NCBI GenBank assembly: GCA_009914755.4
Contig: CP068257.2
Span: 34,400,001-34,464,000, forward strand
DNA length: 64,000 nucleotides
Source of the DNA: the human T2T-CHM13v2.0 reference genome, Homo sapiens
Direction of reading: 5' to 3'
The notes under the pieces are model-generated. The model was given only the letters and a program-made list of their open reading frames with translations. It searched no databases and was not told the origin of the DNA. This document shows positions 56,208-64,000 of this stretch, in pieces. How positions within the stretch are numbered: position 1 is the first letter of the stretch; every line of letters begins with the position of its first letter. The translations under genes and the position numbers were made by a program.

Positions 56208-56934
56208 TGGTTCTTTATAAGTGTCCATTTGTACAGATTGTTTAGATGCTAAATAAGCTTTGTCTCAAGTACAATCAACCTAAAAGGTCAAGGGAAGGGA
56301 CAGTACAACTTGGGGGTGAGCAAACCCAGAAAGTAAAGAAAGAGCCAGTTAGTCAATATTTTCAATGTTGTAGGTCAAACAATGCATTGGAACTCCCCAA
56401 ATCCACATTATGTAACAAAAGCTGACAGCATGTAAGCCTGTGAGCATAGCTGGCTCTGGCCCTTCCCAGCCTCTAGGAAAACAAATAGTACCACAACGGC
56501 AAAGGCAGCTGACCTGGTCTCTTTAAAAAAGCCAAAGTCATTGGGGAAAAACAACCAGTTGCTATGTGTGAAACGTGAGTGTGCACTTGTGTGAAACACC
56601 GAGCTGATGAGGGACCTATCAGATCTCCATAGGAATGTGTTATTTATGTAGGGATGAAGTGTCATGAGGTGTACAACATATGCCCCAGGTGTACAACATG
56701 TGTTTCAGCAAAGTATACAAAGACTGATGAACAGGTAAGGCAAAAAAAAAACAACTTTTCTGTTTGTTGAAAGCTTTCAAAACCTGGGGGTTGGCAGTGG
56801 AAACTTCTGGCTCTGCCCACTGAATTCCTGACCTCAGGCAGAATACTGTATCTGGCTTTGTCTCTGTTTCCTCAACTGTCAAATTGGGATGACAGTCATA
56901 GGATTATATGTATTGAGATAAAGTGTTGAGAACA

Positions 56935-57120
56935 AATTAGCTGGGTGTGATGGTGGGCGCCTGTAATCCCAGCTACTCAGGAGGCTGAGGCAGGAGAATC
57001 GCTTGAACCCAGGGGGTGGAGGTTGCAGTGAGCCAAGATTGCACTACTGCACTCCAGCCTGGGCGACAGAGTGAGACTTCATCTCAAAAAAAAAAAAAAA
57101 AATAGTGTTGAGAACAGCCC
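56935..57120 (+). mobile_element. Alu right-arm fragment
   Basis: Plus-orientation Alu consensus covering the 3' half, about 1 kb downstream of CBR1. Confidence 0.7.
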
Positions 57121-57394
57121 CTGCTGTCATTAGTTCCTGTAAATGGGCCTGACGCTGTCCCTGCTGGTAATGAGAAGTGTGTGTTTACTGTCTAACACCC
57201 AGTAAATGCCCAGGCCATTCTGTTTCTTCCACAGAATCACAGTGTTGTGATCTCTCACACTTCACCAGTGAGAATTAAGGCTTACAGAAACAAAAAGCGA
57301 TCACCCGTGAAAAGAAGGAGAGGCCCCTTATTTTATTTTTATCTATTTATTTTTTAATTCTCCAAACTGCTTCGGAAGAGTCCCTTATTTTATT

Positions 57395-57690
57395 TATTTA
57401 TTTATTTATTTGTTTGTTTGTTTGTTTGTTTATTGAGACAGAGTCTCAATCTTGGTTCAGTGCAACCTCTGCCTCCTGGGTTCAAGTGATTCTCCTGCCT
57501 CAGCCTCCTGAGTAGCTGGGATTACAGGCGCCCGCCACCATGCATGGCTAACTTTTGTATTTTTAGTAGAGACAGGGTTTCGCCATGTTGGCCAAGCTGA
57601 TCTCGAACTTCTGGCCTCAAGTGATCCACCCGCCTCGGCCTCCCAAAGTACTGGGATTACAGACATGAGCCACTGCACCCAGCCTAGTCC
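57395..57690 (-). mobile_element. Alu preceded by (TTTA)n/(TTTG)n
   Basis: Minus-orientation Alu consensus. The sequence tttatttatttatttatttgtttgtttgtttgtttgtttattgagacagagtctc leads into it. Confidence 0.8.
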
Positions 57691-59429
57691 CTTAGGTTAA
57701 AAGTGAGGTTTACTTTGACAAGTTTCACCTTTCAGTAGGGCTGTTCATTTCTTCCTAGTTTTTGTACACAGACACCAGAAAACAATCACGTCTGCAGCAA
57801 AACTGGTATTCTCAAGTGCTAGTTTAGAAATTTGTACCTGTATTGCAAAGATATTTTTCCCTTAATACCTTAAAAATAACACCTAACTTCTTTAAGAGAT
57901 TTAGAGAAAGCATTGTTCCAAATTCAAGTACCTGCTTACCTCTGAGGGTGAGGGGAGGAGGACATACGTGGTTCCGTCTTTATTGCTAAGGATTTCTTTC
58001 TTATACCAGGTGATAGGTACATGGTGCTAAAATACAATTTTCAGAAAAAGGTAAAATCATGACTGTCATACAGATGTAAAAATAATAGTCAAAAAAATGT
58101 ATTTTACTCATAAGGGAACCAGGGAAATGTTATAACTGGTTCAAAGGAAAAGCTAAAAGGAAAAGCTAACAGATTATATGGAATCAACAAATGTTGAGCT
58201 GAATTGCAAATGACGACAAAACTGGTGTTTTTACAGGGAGGAGGACGTCAATTCAGTCACCACTAGACAGGACAGCACTTGCACCTCTGTTACCTACAAT
58301 TAAGAAAGAGATGCAAAATATCTCAAAGAATGAACAGGGCCATAGTTCAATGCTACGAGTCTTGCCTTGCAAGCACCCTTCACTCTGTTGTGTGAGTCTG
58401 GCAAAACACCCATCCCCATGCTTAATAACCATGCCAGCCTGCTCTAGCAGCTCTTAACAGATGATGTTGCTAGGGAGAAAGGAAACAAGAGGCTGACTGT
58501 ACTCTTTTATGTTCCCACCCCAATCCCAAACAGACAAGCAATTCTCCTAGCCAGTGTTGTCTTTTCCCCTAGTAAATTCACTCTCCTACTCTGTAAGATG
58601 ATTATTCTTTCCGCATATCTCCCAGACTGATCGTGCTGGAGGATGTCCTCAAATCTGTTCCCTAAAAAAGAAATAGATGCCCCTGAGGAGAGTCGTTCAA
58701 CATACCTGCAACCAGACAGCACACCCTGCCCCCCTTTCCGTTACAAGAAGAGGCACACTGCTTCCCAGGCAGCACCCCCACCAGAGTCCTGGTTCGTCCA
58801 TTATTGCCCTCCCAAACATTTTGTTCTTGTAATTATTCCCTTTCTTTCCTTCACCAAATTCACCTCTCAGATTACCATTGCATAAAAACATGCTTTAATA
58901 TCTCTCCCAGCTTTTAAAACTAAGGAGTTGAGTCACACAAAGTATATTCTCCGACCACACTGGAATTAAGTTAGAAATCAATAGTAAGATGGCTAGAAAA
59001 TCCCCAAATAGTTGGAAACCAACAAAATACACTTTCAAACACCCTTAGTCGAAAAGATATCAAAAGTTAAGAAAACAACAACAACAAAATTTTTTAAAGA
59101 TATTGAAAGTTAAATTCAAAAGTATTTTGAACTGAATGAAACTGAAAACAACATATCAATGTTTGTGGGATGGCACTAAAGCGGTACTTCGAGGGAAATG
59201 TATACTACGTAATGCCTACACTAGAAAAGAACTGTCTCAAACAATGACCTCAGCTTCCATGGTAAGAAACTAGAATAAGAGCAAATGAAACCCCAAATGA
59301 GCAGATGAAAGGAAATAAAGATCAGAACAAAAATTAGTATAATCAGAAGAGAGCAATAAAGGTAAAAAAAAAAATCAATGAAGCCAAAAGCCGGTTCCTT
59401 GAGGAAAAACAAAAAGTGCTAAACCTCTA

Positions 59430-59839
<410 letters not shown>

Positions 59840-61489
59840 TCATTGGAATTAACAACTTACATAAAATGTACACATTTATTAATATTTAGAAAAACACTAA
59901 GCTCACTGAAGAAGAAATGGAAAACCTGAATAGCTCTATGTCTGTAAAGTGAAGTTTCAAATACTCTTTGGAAAGAAAGAAAGATTGGTTGGGGCATAAA
60001 GGGAACCACACCCAGCAGGTGCCCAGCTATTAACTTGACTTTGATAGAGAAAGTGGACTCGGTGGCAGGGCACAGGCAGTTCAGCCAGATCTGCTTGAGT
60101 AAAGCAGAGTCATGATGAGATGGTGGCTCTCTGCTAATCTCAGAGTCGCTAATCAAACACACTCAGATCAAACACGTGGGTTACAGTGAAGAAGACGAAT
60201 GAAGGAATCCAATTGCCCGTCTATACCTTGACACACCTTTGACAATTCCTTTGTTTTGTGGGTACACATTTCATGGGGAGATGCCATATATTTTACATAT
60301 TAACTGTGACTTTGGATAAAACAAAAATGCAGACACTTTTAGCAAACGGGTTATGTAACAATTAGATAAAACATTCTAATAAATGGCTTACGGCATAGTA
60401 GGAGCTTCATAAACATTCTCTCTCATTTGAGGGCATACTAGGAACCACACAGAGATTGCCTGCCCATGCCTGGAAGTCTAATTACAGGACATCTTTTTTC
60501 TCTAATTCTTAAGTTTCAGTTTCTCTTAAGAAAGGGGATGTATGTCCTGAGAAGCACTTAGTGTGTAAATAATTTCATTGCATCTTAAGATAAAGCAAAC
60601 ATCTGCATTTTGCAGTGGGTGATGGGTGCACATCCAAGAAAATTACTTGGCACATGTTTTCCTCCCTTTGGGATTCTCCCAAAATAGTTTTAATTCAACT
60701 GTCACCTGTCTCAGGCCCCCTACTGACCCATCACCATCCAGTTTTGCTTTCAGAGAGCCCGACCTCTTAGCCCTGCAAACCATTGCTTGGCTCTGTTAGG
60801 ATCAAAAGAGGGATGTGTCTTGGCATGACCCAATACACAGCTCATGGAAAGGGTAGACCCAGGAGTGGGGGCATTAGGAAACTTTCTGGAACATTCAGCC
60901 CCTCGAGTTGCAGCACTGGAATGCAGAACTTAGCTCTGCTGTACAGCCCAGAGCAACCATGCCGGCCTGCAGCCATAAGGCACCTTCAGGCTGCAACAAT
61001 TCCGAGAATTGACGTCTCTGTACACGCAGGTCCCAATACCACTTATAATGTGTACGAGGTGTTAGTCTCAGATAAACAGGACTGGGCACTTTGGCTGCAA
61101 ACAAAGCAGCATCTGGTGGGACACACGGAGGCACAAGGAGGTACAAGAGGAGTTGTTCATGACACGGGGTCAGAATCCATGCCTTCCATTAGCTGGGCTA
61201 CTTACTCGGATCTCCATAATCCCAATATAGGTGAGAAGGTGTCTATACCCTGTGAAGTATAATTTTGGCAGAACAAGGTACATTTCTTAGGATATGGACT
61301 ATCCCAGGAAGTCCATCCCTCACAAGGATTTACCATTCGGAACTGCCCAGTCCTGACACTAAAAGACAACACAGGAGATTTAGGGTCACACTAGCTATTG
61401 CAGAAAGTCAGTCCCTAACTTTTCTGTAATCACCACAATTCTATAACTTTCAGTCATCTATGCCAGAATTCCCATTTTTGGGAACAGTA

Positions 61490-61885
61490 ATAGATTGAAG
61501 GCTGGCTGCCAAGAAGATATGTCCATGTGTCAGAATCTATGAATATTTTCTTTGGAAGAAAGATTTTTGCAAATGTAATTAAGGATTTCAAGCTGAGCTC
61601 ATCCTGGATTATCTGGGTGGGCCCTAAATCAATGACAAGTGTCTTTTTACAAAACAGAGAGACAAGGCAGGCATATGAAGACAGGTTGATTAGAGGGATG
61701 TGGCCGTAGCCCCAAGCCAAGGAAAGCCTGCAGCCCACAAAAGCTGGAAGAGTCAAGGAAAGATTTCTCTCTAGAGACTTTGGAGGGAATGCAGCTATAC
61801 TGACAGCTTGATTTCAGAATTCTGGCCTCCAGAACTATGAGAGTAAATCTCCGTTGTAAGTCACCAAGTTTGGGGTTATCTGTTT
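61490..61885 (+). mobile_element. MaLR-type LTR (MLT1-like) fragment followed by an Alu
   Basis: It has the signature ...ctggcctccagaactatgagagtaaatctccgttgtaagtcaccaagtttggggttatctgtttca, like the element at 3600. Confidence 0.5.
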
Positions 61886-61889
61886 CATT

Positions 61890-62168
61890 TTGTTTTGTTT
61901 TTTGAGACGAAGTCTCGCTCTGTTGCCCAGGCTGGAGTGCAGTGATGCGATCTCGGCTCACTGAAACCTCTGCCTCCCGGGTTCAAGCTCAGGAGCAGCT
62001 GGGATTACGGACACATACCACCACACCCTGCTAAGTTTTGTATTTTTGTAAAGACGGGGTTTCACCATGTTGGCCAGGCTGGTCTCAAACTCCAGACCTC
62101 AAGTGATCCACCTGCCTTGGCCTCCCAGAGTGCTGGGATTACAGGCATGAGCCACCACGCCCGCCCGG
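61890..62168 (-). mobile_element. Alu
   Basis: Minus-orientation Alu consensus. Confidence 0.85.
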
Positions 62169-62839
62169 ATCATGTGTTATGGCAGCCCTAGGAAAGTGAA
62201 ACAGAAACCCGAACATAAGCAGATATCCTGTGACTGAAATTAACCCTCCAACAACTTCCCACTCTGGCCTTAGCTAACTATGAACCTCTCTGCTCACTCA
62301 TACAGAAGGGCTTCCAATTTTTACCCAGTTCTCTGGAGCCTAGAAGCAAAAAGCTATGACAACCTTTTTCTTGATCCGGCAGCAGACTCATCCACCTTGT
62401 CTCAGAGCAGCAGTGGCAGCAGCAGCCGCGTGCCTGAAGCCCTCTGTCGCCTTACCCCTGGAGCCTCCTTTAACATAGGGCCCTCCGGCTGCACAGTTTT
62501 TGCTGCTCACTGAAAATAGTCAACATTTCTGAGAAAACTGATTCACCTCCCGAGACATTAGAACGAGATCTCAAATGCCTAGAACAACTGACTGCTGTAC
62601 GTGTCTTCACGTTTTTGTTCCTTACATACCTTTGTTTTTAGTTACTTTCGTTCCTTATTTACCTTTGTTTTTTTTTGTTTGTTTTTTTTCCCTTTCTCTG
62701 CTGGTTTAAGGTTCTGGATTGCAAATAGCTACTTGTTATCTCCTAACTATGTCACCCATGTGGGCCCCTGTTCCTAATACTGCCTTTGTACTACCCCTCG
62801 TGACTCCATGGCTTAAACATAATTTAACCAACCATTGGA

Positions 62840-63265
62840 ATTATGTCCACATTTGATATGTTTTGGATCTATGTCCCCACCCAAATCTCATGTCAATAAT
62901 CCTCCCAGTGCTGGAGGTGGGTCCTCGTGGGACTGATTGGATCATGGGGGCGGGTTCCCATGAATGGGTTAGCGCCATCCCCCCAGTGTTGTCTCGTGAT
63001 AGAGTTCTCATGAGATCTGGCTGTTTAAAAGTGTGCGGCCTCTCCTCCCTTTCTTTCTTCCTTCTACTCTAGCCATGTAAGTTGTACCTGCTTCCCCTTT
63101 GCCTTCCGCCACGATTGTAAATTTCCTGAGGCCTCCCCAGCCATGCTTCCTGAACAGCCTGTGGAACTGTGAGCCAATTAAACCTCTTTTATTTGTAAGT
63201 TACCCAGTCTCAGAAATTGCTTTACAGCAGGGAGAGAATGGACTGATACAACATCCCTTTGAGCA
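62840..63265 (+). mobile_element. THE1/MST-type MaLR LTR
   Basis: The sequence tgatatgttttggatctatgtccccacccaaatctcatgtcaataatcctcc...gccttccgccacgattgtaaatttcctgaggcctccccagccatgc...tgtgagccaattaaacctcttttatttgtaagttacccagtctcagaaattgctttacagcagggagagaatggactgatacaac matches the THE1/MST consensus. Confidence 0.7.
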
Positions 63266-63913
63266 TTTCCCAGTTTCCATTAGTACTGATCCCTTGTAGT
63301 GAATCAGTTGGTTGTATAAACGGCAAATACTATAACAAGCCAGATGGCCAAAAACCAAGTACTCTTTATAACGTCATGCAAAAAAGTGGGAATTTTCTGT
63401 CTCCGTTAAAATGAAACTTGGGTATCCTTTCATAGAAATTAGCACTTCAACCAAACTTACTAATAGAGCTTGTAAGCAACCAACTGATATGGGACTAACT
63501 GTACAAGTAAAAGATTCTGCTTTTACACAGATGCTTTAAGGAAGGTTTCTACTTACGCTTAGTCTCCTTGACTATGGAACTATGTGCTGATGTCTGCATT
63601 TCACTGTCTGGTGCTGGAATAGACTTGTATTGACTTGTGTCAAAGCTGTAGGACAATTACACAACATCATGGGGTATTTTGGCAAACAATGGAACTTTGG
63701 GTGGCCTCCAGTGACTGATAGTGGATTTATGCTACAAAAGCTTATTGGCTACTGCCCACAAATCAGACAGAGATGTGCCAACCCAATAAGCTGATGCCAA
63801 CTATCAGGAAAGTTCCTGATATTTCTCTGGGTCCCTTTGGCCCATTGATTTCCCCTCATTAAAAAAAAAAAAAAAAAAAAAGTCTTCAAATCTCTTAATT
63901 CAAGATAAAGAAT

Positions 63914-64000
63914 CCAGGCATGGTGACTCGTGCCTATATTCCCTGCACTCTGGGAGGCCAAGACAGGAGGATTGCTTGAGGCCAGGAGTTCAAGACCAGC
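63914..64000 (+). mobile_element. Alu (5' portion, cut by the window edge)
   Basis: It contains ccaggcatggtgactcgtgcctatattccctgcactctgggaggccaagacaggaggattgcttgaggccaggagttcaagaccagc. Confidence 0.8.

Overview
Human genomic DNA, dense in primate Alu SINEs (about 43 copies) with L1 and MaLR/ERV fragments, matching the chromosome 21q22.12 SETD4-CBR1 locus. I recognised the two genes from their protein sequences (recalled from memory, not checked against a database).

- **SETD4 (minus strand).** The complete coding region of the SET-domain methyltransferase SETD4 is present. It has ten coding exons between 41946 and 19175, which I located by matching splice sites to the protein. Together they encode exactly 440 aa with the stop at 19175-19177. 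A probable non-coding exon 1 sits in a CpG island at about 42.85-43.95 kb.
- **CBR1 (plus strand).** The complete coding region of carbonyl reductase 1 is present. It has three exons (53175-53463, 54009-54116, 55505-55941) encoding 277 aa, with its own CpG-island promoter and an AATAAA signal at 56202.
- **Intergenic flank.** Coordinates 1 to about 18.8 kb lie downstream of SETD4 and carry a large compound GC-rich minisatellite (14.8-16.15 kb).
- **Most interesting elements:**
  - An apparently young processed retrocopy of an ATP-grasp RimK-like gene (most likely RIMKLB, i.e. RIMKLBP1) at 33078-35063 in a SETD4 intron. It is antisense to the host gene and keeps a near-intact 364-codon ORF.
  - A 68-bp, roughly 7-copy minisatellite in SETD4 intron 3.
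  - A deleted provirus-like ERV relic with a tRNA-Phe-type primer binding site between the SETD4 and CBR1 promoters.
  - A G-rich compound microsatellite beside SETD4 exon 5 that may form a G-quadruplex.
  - A candidate alternative terminal exon inside the SETD4 3' UTR.

No prokaryotic-style systems, CRISPR arrays, rRNA or tRNA genes are evident. All coordinates of repeats are approximate (about +/-15 bp). Gene identities rest on my recall of the protein sequences and should be confirmed by BLAST.
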